Assembly (NCBI GenBank): GCA_052279835.1
Contig: CP181291.1
Span: 128,001-192,000, forward strand
DNA: 64,000 bases
Source: Microcoleus sp.
GTDB lineage: Bacteria; Cyanobacteriota; Cyanobacteriia; Cyanobacteriales; Microcoleaceae
Direction: 5' to 3'
The notes under the pieces were generated by a model that saw only the letters and a program-made list of their open reading frames with translations, ran no database searches and had not been told where the DNA came from. The translations under genes were made by a program, and so were the position numbers. This document shows, piece after piece, positions 23,733 to 34,290 of the stretch. How positions within the stretch are numbered: the first letter of the stretch is position 1; every line of letters starts with the position of its first letter.

Positions 23733-24167
23733 ATGAAACGATTAGGTCGTCTATTGGCAATATTGGGCTTAGTGCTGGGCTGCTTCGCCTGGGCTGGGGA
23801 CCAAAGCGCGATCGCGGCTTCTTTGAGCCGTCTGGTATTGCCATCATCATCGCTGATCGCCGTGGAAGCGCCGACTAGAACCAATCGCGCCGACGAAAAG
23901 CTGGCCACAGAATTTGGCAAAAAACTGGATTTGAACAACAGCGGTGTCCGATACTTTCGGGAATATCCAGGGCTGTATCCCACTTTAGCTCGACTAATTA
24001 TTAAGAATGCTCCTTACGAAAAAGTTGAAGATGTACTCAAAATCTCCGACTTGACAGAAGCTCAGAAAAAGTTGTTGCAAGCTAACCTGGACAAATTTAC
24101 AGTTACCGATGTTGAATCAGTCTTTATTGAAGGAGACAACAGATTGAACAATGGTCTCTACGACTAA
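23733..24167 (+). CDS. psbU: Photosystem II 12-kDa extrinsic protein
   Basis: KLDLNN...PGLYPTLA...[11 protein letters not shown]...RLNNGLY. Confidence 0.96.
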   Translation: MKRLGRLLAILGLVLGCFAWAGDQSAIAASLSRLVLPSSSLIAVEAPTRTNRADEKLATEFGKKLDLNNSGVRYFREYPGLYPTLARLIIKNAPYEKVEDVLKISDLTEAQKKLLQANLDKFTVTDVESVFIEGDNRLNNGLYD

Positions 24168-24509
24168 AAAGCCACAGTCACCCGCAAGGATTTTGGATTG
24201 AACGAAACTTTGGGATACAAACCCCGTCAGTCGCAAGACGGCTGAGTCATCAAGCAGAAGTCAGAATGCCAAAAGCTGAAAAGCAAAAAATATTAAGGCT
24301 GATGACTTCTGCTTTCTACTTGATGTAGTAGTTCCCTAAAAAGCAAGTAAAAATCAGAAAAAGTAAGGAATAATATACCGTCAATAATGAGCATTATTTC
24401 TAAAAAAGCAAGCGCTAAAAATGAGATAAACATTGCTATAGTGAAGTAAGAAGCTATACAAACTTTCATCCGCGCAGGCGGACTTGAAAAGTCTAACGAA
24501 TGCGGAGTA

Positions 24510-26174
24510 ATGACTGACAAATTTGACGTATTGGTTGTAGGTGCCGGGGCGGCCGGTCTGTACACGGCACTTTGCCTGCCAGAACACTTGCAGGTGGGTT
24601 TGATTAATAAAAATACCCTGCCTGTTTCTGCTAGCGATTGGGCCCAAGGAGGGATTGCCGCGGCGATCGCCCCGGAAGATTCTGCGGCACTCCACGTTCA
24701 GGATACACTCGTAGCTGGGGCTGGCCTTTGCGACTGGGAAGCGGTGAAATTTTTAGCAGCAGAAGCGCCTGAGTGTATTGATGCTTTGGTAAAAATGGGC
24801 GTTGCATTCGATCGCACCGGGACAGATTTAGCACTCACCCTAGAAGCAGCCCACTCCCGCCGCCGCGTGCTCCACTCAGCAGACACCACCGGCAAAGCAG
24901 TGGTGAGTACCCTGACAGCACAAGTATTGAGCCGCCAAAATATTCAACTGCTTTCTCCTGCATTTGCACTCAGTCTGTGGCTAGATGACACCGGCCGCTG
25001 TCAGGGGATTAGCGCCATTTGTGGCTCTGCTGTCAAGTGGTTGCGGGCTCAGGCGGTGGTGCTAGCAACTGGGGGTGGCGGACAGGTATTTGCTCAAACC
25101 ACGAATCCGTCAGTAAGTACCGGAGACGGGGTAGCCCTTGCATGGCGCGCCGGGGCCATGCTGCGAGATTTAGAATTTGTGCAGTTTCATCCTACAGCAT
25201 TGACTAAACCGGGCGCGCCTCGGTTTCTGATTAGCGAAGCGGTGCGGGGAGAAGGGGCTCACTTGGTCGATAGTAAAGGATATCGGTTTGCTTTTGACTA
25301 TCACCCTTCGGGTGAACTCGCTCCTAGGGATGTTGTCAGTCGTGCTATTTTCCGCCACTTGCAGAAGACAGGGGAACCTCATGTTTGGCTGGATTTGCGC
25401 CCGATTGCGGTCGATCGACTGCGCTACCGGTTTCCGAATATCATTCAAGTATGTGCTGATTGGGGAATTGACCTGTTTTCCGAACCTGTACCTGTCACCC
25501 CAGCCGCCCATTATTGGATGGGAGGGATTATCGCCGATCGGTTCAACGAAACTTCGATTCCGGGTTTGTACGCTGTGGGAGAAACTGCTAGCACGGGGGT
25601 ACATGGTGCCAACCGATTGGCGAGTAATTCCCTGCTAGAATGTCTAGTCTTTGGCTCGCAAATGGCGCTGTTGAAGGTAGAAAGTATCAGCGACAAGGCT
25701 GTTGAGGATGAAGAATATTCAGAGGAAATTATCGCAAAATCGATTGATGTTTCTGACATTGAGGCGATCGAAAAGTTACGGATCGATCTGCCGAATTTAG
25801 TGTGGCAGAGTGCGGGAATTTGTCGTGGCCAAAGGGATTTGGAAAGTGCGATCGCTCAAGTGGAAATTTGGCGACAAGAATTTGCCTCTTTGTCTTTGAG
25901 TCAAACCCTTAATTATTTACGACCTGGACAAATTCTCAATTTTTCCCCGGCTGATGCAGAAAACAGCGTAGTGTTACGAAATTGGGGAGAAGTTGGCAAT
26001 TTATTGGATATTGGCTACTTAATTCTCAAAAGTGCTGCTTTCCGTACTGAAAGTAGAGGTGGTCACTACCGACTTGACTATCCCCTCAGTCACCCTGATT
26101 GGTGCAGGCACACTTTAATTCATGATTGCCATTGGTATAAATCTGGGCCTGTTTCCCAACCACAGGACAATTGA
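24510..26174 (+). CDS. nadB: L-aspartate oxidase
   Basis: WAQGGIAA, EAAHSRRRVLH, FVQFHPT, HGANRLASNSLLE, ESRGGH. Confidence 0.97.
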   Translation: MTDKFDVLVVGAGAAGLYTALCLPEHLQVGLINKNTLPVSASDWAQGGIAAAIAPEDSAALHVQDTLVAGAGLCDWEAVKFLAAEAPECIDALVKMGVAFDRTGTDLALTLEAAHSRRRVLHSADTTGKAVVSTLTAQVLSRQNIQLLSPAFALSLWLDDTGRCQGISAICGSAVKWLRAQAVVLATGGGGQVFAQTTNPSVSTGDGVALAWRAGAMLRDLEFVQFHPTALTKPGAPRFLISEAVRGEGAHLVDSKGYRFAFDYHPSGELAPRDVVSRAIFRHLQKTGEPHVWLDLRPIAVDRLRYRFPNIIQVCADWGIDLFSEPVPVTPAAHYWMGGIIADRFNETSIPGLYAVGETASTGVHGANRLASNSLLECLVFGSQMALLKVESISDKAVEDEEYSEEIIAKSIDVSDIEAIEKLRIDLPNLVWQSAGICRGQRDLESAIAQVEIWRQEFASLSLSQTLNYLRPGQILNFSPADAENSVVLRNWGEVGNLLDIGYLILKSAAFRTESRGGHYRLDYPLSHPDWCRHTLIHDCHWYKSGPVSQPQDN

Positions 26175-26249
26175 CAGCGTTTCCGGTTGTATTGGAATGA
26201 TTTAACCGCAGAGAACACTCTTGACACAGAGGGAGAGATGGGGGTCTGT

Positions 26250-26477
26250 TTAGCGGGTGCCGGTACCGTCACTTTTCGGGTTCCCATTCGGGTCTGGTTC
26301 GTATTGTGAGTAATTTTCAAAGTTAAAGTTATTGGAAGCAGTCGAAGTCCATCGACCTGCTGTCAAGTTACCAGTCGAGTTGCTGACTTGTCCAGCAGTA
26401 AGCGCTGGTCTGTCCATATTCACTTGCAGACACGTAGCTAGCGTTGCCATGGTTGTCAGCCGAATCAAAGTACCCAT
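26250..26477 (-). CDS. Small putative secreted peptide (75 aa) ending ...YEPDPNGNPKSDGTGTR
   Basis: ATG preceded by GGGAATAAAAACT, with TATAAT ~37 nt upstream (26514-26519, minus strand). Weakly signal-like N-terminus and Pro/Gly-rich GTR C-terminus. Confidence 0.65.
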   Translation of the reverse strand: MGTLIRLTTMATLATCLQVNMDRPALTAGQVSNSTGNLTAGRWTSTASNNFNFENYSQYEPDPNGNPKSDGTGTR

Positions 26478-27035
26478 AGTTTTTATTCCCGTTGATGCAC
26501 TTCCCTGAAAACTATTATATCTAGTAAATTACGTAAATTCACTGATGTCTTGACTTTTTTGTAAACGAACCTAGTAAAAATGCTGAAACCCTTTGAAATA
26601 AACGCTTGTTCAGTTATTTAAATTTTGTGTTGAATTGGGATTTTGGCAAATTTTAATATTACTTGAAATTAAGACTCAAAATTGTTGAATAAGTTTCACT
26701 ATCATTAAAAATACATCAGGGGGTGTTGCACCAAGGGGGTGTACTACCACCGTAGAGGGTGTCATACATCGGGTAGCATCTTGTCAGTAGGGTTGAAGAC
26801 TAAAATATTTTTTTAGACACTGCTTAACATTCAGAAATAAAACTTAAAGTGTCTTAACATAGGCGAATTCCATTGGGTGTATCCCGATTTTGCATAGGCG
26901 AAGCATGACCGCTGTAAATCTCTGGTTATCACTAATGAATTGTCTGCGGTGATGCTATAGCCCCTACGAATATATTTACAAAATTGAGATGCACTCAATT
27001 GCATTTCTCTTCCTTCTGATGGCCGCTCGCCTACT

Positions 27036-29139
27036 TCAATCAAACTGATATTGATTTTTACCAAGTTTCTTAGCACGATACATTGCAGTATCAGCATTGT
27101 TCACCAACACATCTCGATCTTGAGTATCCACGGGATACAAACTAATACCAATACTTGTACTTACAGAAACTGTATGTTCTTCTAATATAAAAGGTTGCTG
27201 AATTGTGTCGCGTATTTTTTCAGCTACCGTTGCAGTTTCCTCGCGACCGGGAATTCCCGGTAAAATGACTGTGAACTCATCGCCACCCAATCTGCTGATA
27301 GTATCGCTGCCACGCAAGCAACGTTTGAGGCGATCGGCAACTGCTTTTAAAAGCAAATCGCCAATGTTGTGTCCGAGAGTGTCATTAATTAACTTAAATC
27401 CATCTAAATCTAAAAATAGTAAAGCTACTAATTCATTATTAATCAATGCTTTTTCTAGAGATTGATTCAAGCGTTCATAGAAAAATTTACGGTTTGGCAA
27501 ACCCGTCAGAGCATCATGATCGGCTTGGTGACTAAGTTCAGCATTTTTTTGCAGGAGTGCTTCTTCCAAGCGCTTGCGTTCAGTAATATCTCTAATAATT
27601 CCCACCAAAAATAAATTGCCGGCGGCATCTTTATGGAGTGACCTTTTAGTAGCAGTGAGATGGGTGATGCCGTGAGTATCGGTAAATTTTTCTTCGTTTT
27701 CTAGCTGTAAATTAGTGGTTAATACTAATTCGTCTTGTTCCCAAAAGATATCTGCTTCTGATTTGGGAAATAAATCATAATCGGTTTGAGAAATAAGCTG
27801 CTCCAAAGCAGCACCAATAAATCGACAATAGGCCTGATTTAAAACCACCAGTCTGTGATTTTTATCTTTGACAAATATCGGGTCGGGAATTGTATCCATT
27901 AAGGATTGTAAAAATTCTTTAGACCGTTTCAATTCTTCTTGCAAGTGAGCCAGATAACCGACAACTGCGACGCCGGAACCCAAAAGACTGAGGATTGGGG
28001 GAATTAATGGTAGCCACCAACCAGCTAAGAAAGCTAAGTATACAGTGGTAGTGAGAAAGGTGCTGATAGTCAATAGGCACCAAGCCGATCGACTAAGCGA
28101 TCGCAACTTCCAGCTCACACTTGCTCCCACCCAAGACCATAGTAAAATCCATAACCACTCCGCAGAGTCTGACCAAACATGAATACCCCCACGCCCATCA
28201 ACGGATGCACTCAAAATTTGACTCAAGAAATGAGCCTGAAGTTCAACTCCCGATATTTGCTGGGGAGATGCGAACAAGCTGTGGCTGTAAGCAGTTTGAT
28301 GAAAGTCTTTGAGGCTAGTTGCTGTTGAGCCGATCAAGACAACGCGCGATCGCACAAAATCCGCTGGTACTTTGTCAGAAAGCAGGGTCACTCAAGGACA
28401 CAGCGTGAAAACTGCCTACTCGGCCGCGCAGGGAAGCCAAAATTTGATAACCGCGGCTATCCGATCGCACATAAGCACCATCATTTTGTTGAAAAGGCTG
28501 AAACACCCCCTTACCTAACTGCAAGTATTTAGGATTAACAGAGGCTGGCTGAGGGGAAATCCCTTCGCTGTGGAGATAAAGCAAAGCCAATTTGAGTGCG
28601 AAACTCTGGCGAGTTTTGCCATCTCCAGGCCAAGCGTAAAGCAACATTCTACGCACCTTACTGTCAGCATCGATGACTACATTGTTGAAACCAACTCGAT
28701 CGAACTTGTTCAGTAGCGGAGGTGGCCGAACTCCCAAGCGCGTTTCGTCGGCCATCAACTCAATCCCAACTAAGTTAGGAATAGTTGTAAAAGTTTTGAG
28801 TAATTCGGGATTACCGGGTGGAGTTGGCAAATCTCGGTAGATATCAAGACCGATCGCCCGCGGTTTAGCAGCATTCAATTTTTGCAGCAACTGGGCCATC
28901 ACACCATCAGAAATTGGGTAGCCGTACTTTTGCAAGTCACGTTCCCCAATTTCGACAATGACGATGCGATTGTCCGCTGGTTCCGCCGGGCGCCAGCGCA
29001 TAAATTGGTCAAAAGCAGCCCATTCCCATACCTGCAAAAGTCCGCAACAGCGAACTAAGATGACCGTACTGGCGGCCACAGTTGCAGTAATTAATACCCG
29101 GCGTTCTTGGTAAAGCCATTTTTTGAGAATTGCCCGCAT
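27036..29139 (-). pseudogene. CHASE2-PAS-GGDEF diguanylate cyclase split by a +1 frameshift at ~28385-28387 (real or assembly error)
   Basis: 5' ORF has CHASE2 motifs (IVIVEI, IGLDIYRD, DADSKVRR). 3' ORF continues CHASE2 (VLIGSTA, SGVELQA), then TMs, PAS and RGSD-x5-GGDEF. Removing one G from GGG restores VSLSDLLSDKVP. Confidence 0.85.
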
Positions 29140-29583
29140 AGGTTCAGGTAGAAGCTCGATCGCCCATAGCAATGACCATGGCAATTGTAGATTTGGGATT
29201 TAAAATTTAGGATTAAAAGAAGAACGAGCTCCCTGATTAATTCCAACCCGCCCACTAACTCACGGGAACAATCCAAAATCTCAATCCAAAATTGTTTGAC
29301 CCATCCTATCAAAATGTAGATGTAAACAGGGGGATTGCCCTTACCAAAAGCTAGATGTAGATGCTGTGGGTCTAGGATTAGCCGAATTGACTGCTGTTCG
29401 CTGGTGCGATATTCGGCAACTTGCTTTTGTGCGATCGAACGGATTCCTCGAATTTATTTTATTCTAGTTTATAGATGCGAGATTTGAGATTAATTTATCA
29501 GCTTGATTCCATAATTCAATCATTTAAAGCAATAAATTGTCTGCTCAAAAACTCTCAAATCTGCGCTCTTTGAATTTCCAAAT

Positions 29584-30513
29584 TTACGGTACTTTGATAA
29601 AATTGCGCGGACCGCTGTAACCAGACAATTCTGCAAGTTGTTCTAAAGATTTAGTCCCGGAATAAAACTGGCCTTTAATCTCCCAAGTAGGGAAACCTTT
29701 GACATTAGCAGCAGCAGCTTGGCAAATTTCGGCGCGAGAATTTTCTCCTTTGGGATCGCATTCGACATAATCAATTAATTTTGCTGCTTCTCTGCCGAAC
29801 AGCATTTTTTGATCGTAGCAGTGAGGACACCAGTAAGCACCGTATTCCTTAGCACCAATTTGTGTCAGATGTCGGGCTAAAGCCATTTCCGCAGGTCCCG
29901 ATGTGGTAGTGACCAGAGGAGCGGCTATACCGGGTTTAGAGACAGTCACAGGAGGTGCTTTGACGCTGTTGTAAAGTCCCAAGACAGAGATCGCACTCAC
30001 CATGGCCACCACCATGCCTGTAAACACCAGTTGACCAATATCTTCCCACTCGCGGCCGACTAAGGTCAACACAAAGAGGGAGAGGGAAAACACCGCAGAA
30101 CTGACACAATAAATGCACAGTTCCTGAATTTCAAAAGCCATCAAATACATCAAGTAACTGCTGAAAATTACCATGGCAGCAGTGATGATGAATAGCCCTT
30201 GCCATGTCCTATTTTCTAGTTGAGTGTGCAGTCCTTTATTGGTGTCAGGATTGACGGTTTTGGGAGCGTAGGCGAGGATTGCTATGCTCAGATAAGCTAA
30301 ACAACCTAACAAACTTAAAGGCACTACGCCAAAGACTGTAGCGTAGGGACTGTTGAGAACTTTGTCGCAGCCGCTGGTGGGACAAACTACTGAGCCTGTG
30401 GTGAATTTAGCGATCGTCAGATAGGCGGTTTCTAGAACACCGATAACTGCGATCGCGGCCATCACAGTCCTAGACGAGCGATGAATCCAAGGGGTTGAAC
30501 GTCGGCGAATCAT
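29584..30513 (-). CDS. VKOR-thioredoxin fusion (disulfide bond formation)
   Basis: CPTSGCDKVLNSPYA, CIYC, YGAYWCPHC, GFPTWEI. Confidence 0.93.
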   Translation of the reverse strand: MIRRRSTPWIHRSSRTVMAAIAVIGVLETAYLTIAKFTTGSVVCPTSGCDKVLNSPYATVFGVVPLSLLGCLAYLSIAILAYAPKTVNPDTNKGLHTQLENRTWQGLFIITAAMVIFSSYLMYLMAFEIQELCIYCVSSAVFSLSLFVLTLVGREWEDIGQLVFTGMVVAMVSAISVLGLYNSVKAPPVTVSKPGIAAPLVTTTSGPAEMALARHLTQIGAKEYGAYWCPHCYDQKMLFGREAAKLIDYVECDPKGENSRAEICQAAAANVKGFPTWEIKGQFYSGTKSLEQLAELSGYSGPRNFIKVP

Positions 30514-30522
30514 TGTTCGATT

Positions 30523-30670
30523 TGGTAATGGATAATTGGCAATGGGGAATGGGGAATGGGGAATGGGGAATGGGGAATTGGTGCTTTTGTCACTGTGAAT
30601 TCTGAGTTTTCAGTTATTGCCCGCTACCAATTACCCATCACCGATGACCTCATTCCCTATTACCCATTGC
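30523..30670. repeat. Inverted STRR tract (ATGGGGA / TTACCCA)
   Basis: Visible heptamers. Confidence 0.8.
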
Positions 30671-30675
30671 TAATT

Positions 30676-31555
30676 TTAGATTTTACTTTTGACTTTACCC
30701 AGTTCCGGCATCAGCCCGCCAGAGCCATTAGCCTCGCTGTGTTGCTGTTTCTGAGACAAGCTGCGGCGGGCGGCTTCTACAAACTGACTGACGCGAATTG
30801 GATCGATGGGATTATCGATGCGCCCGTTTCGTTTCAAGGAACTAGAGACGATGACGCCATCAGCAGCTTGCATGAGTGTGGAAATGTTTTCCCAGGAGGC
30901 ACCGCTACCGATGAAAACTGGAATTCCGGCTGCTGCTAAACTGGCCATTTCTAATTCTTCGAGATTAGGAGGGCTACCAGTCCCTAGGCCCGGAGAGGAT
31001 TACCGCGTCTGCTAAGGCGCGTCCGATCGTCTCTTGGATGGCTGTGGTCAAGTTAGGGCTACCAAGGGGTTGCCCGTGCTTGACTAACACGTCTGCTAAT
31101 ATTTTGACATCGCTACCCAATTCCCGTCGGTAGCGCAGTAGCTGGTGAGCTTGACCTTCGATTAAGCCTTGGTCTGTAGCCATCGTGCCGTTGAGGACGT
31201 TGACGCGGATGAATTGAGCTCCCGTACAGGAGGCGATGGCGATCGCGCTGTGGGCATCGTTTCGCAGCACATTGATGCCGATGGGCAATGTCACCAGATT
31301 GGTTAGTCTCTCGACGATCAGCGTCATGGCACTCACCACGGCTGGATCTACACTATTTTTGGCAAAAGGAGCATCGAAAAAGTTCTCGACTATGATACCG
31401 TTTGCGCCGCCAGAAGCCAGTGCTGTAGCCTCTTGTTCGGCTCTCCCGATAATTGCTTTGAGATTCCCACCCCAGCGGGGGGAAGTTGGTAGAGGCTGTA
31501 AATGTACGACACCGATTATGGGATTCGGCGTTTTGAATATTTGTTTTAAGTCCAC
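30676..31555 (-). pseudogene. btpA: Photosystem I biogenesis protein BtpA split by a +1 frameshift near 30981-30991 (possibly assembly error)
   Basis: IIGVVHL, VENFFDAPF, GINVLRND, ADVLVKH in the 5' ORF; PVFIGSGA...ADGVIVSSSLKR in the 3' ORF. Removing one base gives ILSGLGTGSPPNLEELE. Confidence 0.88.
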
Positions 31556-31721
31556 GGGCTTTCCTGAAACCACCAAGTTGACGCTACGGCTGACGGCGGA
31601 TTTTGACGGCATATTTTAGAATTCTATATCCACAAGGGCGATCGAATGACTCGAAATCTGGTTATATCTGTAGAGCCGTCTGGCGATCGGCGGCTTTTGG
31701 TGGTCGATCGAGGTTAAAAAT

Positions 31722-32711
31722 GTGAAAGTAGCTCTGATTATTTTGGCTGTCACCGCAGGATTGTTGTTAGCAATAGAAGTGCTGCTGCGGGTACTTCTGG
31801 GTTTTGGCAATGCTTTGATTTACATTCCCGATGCGGAGTGTGGGTATTTGCTCGCTCCCAACCAGAGGGTGCGTCGCTGGGGAAACCGGATTGAGATTAA
31901 CGAGTATTCCATGCGTACAGGTGCCATCGCCCCACTGCCGGCTTCAGACACTCTGCGAGTTTTATTGTTAGGAGATTCTGTCGCTAACGGTGGCTGGTGG
32001 ACCGATCAAATGGATACCATATCGGAAATCATCCCTCGGCAGTTGAGGCTGCAAATGTGCCCTCTCAGCACCGATGCACAATTACATTCAAAAGTCAACT
32101 ATTATTGTGACTTTGAAGTTCTCAACTGTTCAGCCAATTCTTGGGGACCGAGGAATCAACTGGCTTACGCCAATCGTTTTGGTCTATTTGGGGCTTTGGT
32201 GGTGGTTTTGTTGCTGAATACGGACGATTTGTTTGCATCTGCTCCTTGCTCTGCCGTAGTGGGGCGCGATCCAGCTTACCCCGATCGTAAACCGGTAATG
32301 GCGATCGTCCAACTATTAAATCGCTACCTAATCCCAACAGTACCTAGGGACAAATTGGCAACACCTGCGGCACCAAATGAGGACAAAGTTGGCTCCAACT
32401 TAGAAGCTATTCGCCAAATCAAAACAGCAGCGAACCTTGCCAACATCCAGTTTGTACTAGCCTTGACACCAAAAAAGCACGAGTTAGGCGAGAGTGGTCC
32501 TCACGACTGGGAAGTCAAAGCTCGATCGCGTCTTGCCGAACTCGTCGCCACCGAGAAAATTACTTACATCGATTTTCTGCCCATTTTCAATTCAGCGACG
32601 GAACTTACCAGTTTGTATCGAGACAGCATTCACCTAAGTCCTCAAGGAAATCAGCTAGTTAGCCAAACTATCTCTCGTCAAATAGTCGCTTTTTTTGACC
32701 ATAAATCCTGA
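31722..32711 (+). CDS. SGNH/GDSL hydrolase family protein
   Basis: LLLGDSV, NTDD, DSIHLSPQGN. Confidence 0.85.
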   Translation: MKVALIILAVTAGLLLAIEVLLRVLLGFGNALIYIPDAECGYLLAPNQRVRRWGNRIEINEYSMRTGAIAPLPASDTLRVLLLGDSVANGGWWTDQMDTISEIIPRQLRLQMCPLSTDAQLHSKVNYYCDFEVLNCSANSWGPRNQLAYANRFGLFGALVVVLLLNTDDLFASAPCSAVVGRDPAYPDRKPVMAIVQLLNRYLIPTVPRDKLATPAAPNEDKVGSNLEAIRQIKTAANLANIQFVLALTPKKHELGESGPHDWEVKARSRLAELVATEKITYIDFLPIFNSATELTSLYRDSIHLSPQGNQLVSQTISRQIVAFFDHKS

Positions 32712-32883
32712 GCTAATTTTGACTAATAGCTTTAGATTCATCGGGTAAATCTCAAATTGAAAATCTCAAAACTCAAATCGACCGACATCGAATCCGGTTG
32801 CAAAAATACAGTTGAAAACCCCATGAACAAACAACAAACCCAAACTGTAGAAGCACCCGGAAACGACTCGATTTGTTTTGGCT

Positions 32884-33948
32884 CTAACTTATTTGCAAAG
32901 TAGACTCTAGCTCTTTCGGATACCAAGCTTGACCATCGAGCGCCATTTGCTCGATCGAACTTGCGAGGCGCAGAGCTTTCAGAGCTTGTTCTCCCCCGAC
33001 GGAAGGCTGATTTCCACCCCGCACGCAATTAATAAAATGCTCCAATTCAGCATGGAGCGGTTCAATATTGCTGGTGTAAACTTTCTCAATCAACCCATCT
33101 TGACGGTAAAGCACCTGACCGTAATCCGTCACATAATTGGCGGTTGTTTGTCGGTGAATCAAGATTTCGTTGTTGAGAAAATCGGCCTCTGTCAGAGAAT
33201 TCTTACAATGAGCCACTATGGAACGGAGTTTGCGGTGCGTCACCTTACTAGCAGTCAGGGTAGCCACAATGCCGTTCGCAAAGTTTAAAGTAGCTGTTAC
33301 ATAGTCTAAATAGCCGGAATTCGATGCCCTACTGCCGCTAGCGGTCAACTTCACCACATGGGAAGATGCCAATTCCAGCAGCAAATCGATGTCGTGGATC
33401 ATCAAATCCAAAACTACCGATACATCGTTAGCCCGATCGGAATAGGGACTCATCCGGTGAGCTTCTAATGCCAGTAGCTCTTCGGTTTTGAGCACTTTGC
33501 CGAGTTCCTGAAAGGCTGGATTGAACCGCTCGATGTGACCCACTTGTAAAATCCGGTGGGATTCAGCAGCCGCGTTGACCAAAGATTCGGCTTCAGCAAT
33601 ACTAGCTGCGATCGGCTTTTCAATTAAAACGTGAACACCCGCTTGGAGACAAGACATCCCCACTGGGTGGTGCAGGCGAGTTGGAACGGCGACGCAAACT
33701 GCATCTACGTGGGCGAGCAAATCTCGGTAGTCTTCAAAGAAGCGAACCCGGTATTTACTGGCTACATCAATTCCCCGCTCTACATTTATATCTGCAATAC
33801 CCACGAGCTCGATATCTTTGAGCAAGCTCAAGACTCGCGTGTGATGTTGGCCCATATTGCCAACCCCAATTACCCCAATGCGAAGGGGTTCAGGTTGACC
33901 TCGGTGCCCGAAAACGTTTGCGTATCCTAATGACATCCTATCTAGCAC
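32884..33948 (-). CDS. Gfo/Idh/MocA oxidoreductase
   Basis: GVIGVGNMG, EKP, VGHIERFNP, DLMIHD. Start uncertain (33936-33978). Confidence 0.93.
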   Translation of the reverse strand: MLDRMSLGYANVFGHRGQPEPLRIGVIGVGNMGQHHTRVLSLLKDIELVGIADINVERGIDVASKYRVRFFEDYRDLLAHVDAVCVAVPTRLHHPVGMSCLQAGVHVLIEKPIAASIAEAESLVNAAAESHRILQVGHIERFNPAFQELGKVLKTEELLALEAHRMSPYSDRANDVSVVLDLMIHDIDLLLELASSHVVKLTASGSRASNSGYLDYVTATLNFANGIVATLTASKVTHRKLRSIVAHCKNSLTEADFLNNEILIHRQTTANYVTDYGQVLYRQDGLIEKVYTSNIEPLHAELEHFINCVRGGNQPSVGGEQALKALRLASSIEQMALDGQAWYPKELESTLQIS

Positions 33949-34103
33949 TCCTGGATTCTCCTCCACCACAGGAATCAAGCCTTTTGGCTTCCCTCAGTTA
34001 CTCACAGCCATCCAGATAGTACCACAGCAGATCTATTTGTGAAGAAATTCTAAGAGAAGCAAGAAGCAAAAGGGAAGAAGACTCAACAACTGCGTCGATC
34101 GGA

Positions 34104-34243
34104 CTAGGGCGTGTTTTCTTGCCTGATCCATCAGATCCTGATCCCCCTCGCATCCCCCTTAAGAAGGGGGACTTTGAGCTTCTTTCTCCCCCCTTTTTAA
34201 GGGGGGTTGGGGGGGATCTCCGGGGAGAGAAAACACGCCCTAG
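34104..34243. mobile_element. MITE-like element with perfect 16-bp inverted ends CTAGGGCGTGTTTTCT and CCCCCTTAAGAAGGGGG cargo
   Basis: 34104-34119 is the exact reverse complement of 34228-34243. Confidence 0.8.
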
Positions 34244-34290
34244 CCGTGCCCAAGGGGAGGAACCGTCCTTGGGCTACGTGGCCTGTCTCT

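Noticed and set aside
26831..27097. 88-aa ORF downstream of the GGDEF gene
   Set aside because: Spans a degenerate GTAG REP doublet (~26893-26967) and overlaps the GGDEF 3' end; no recognisable motif.
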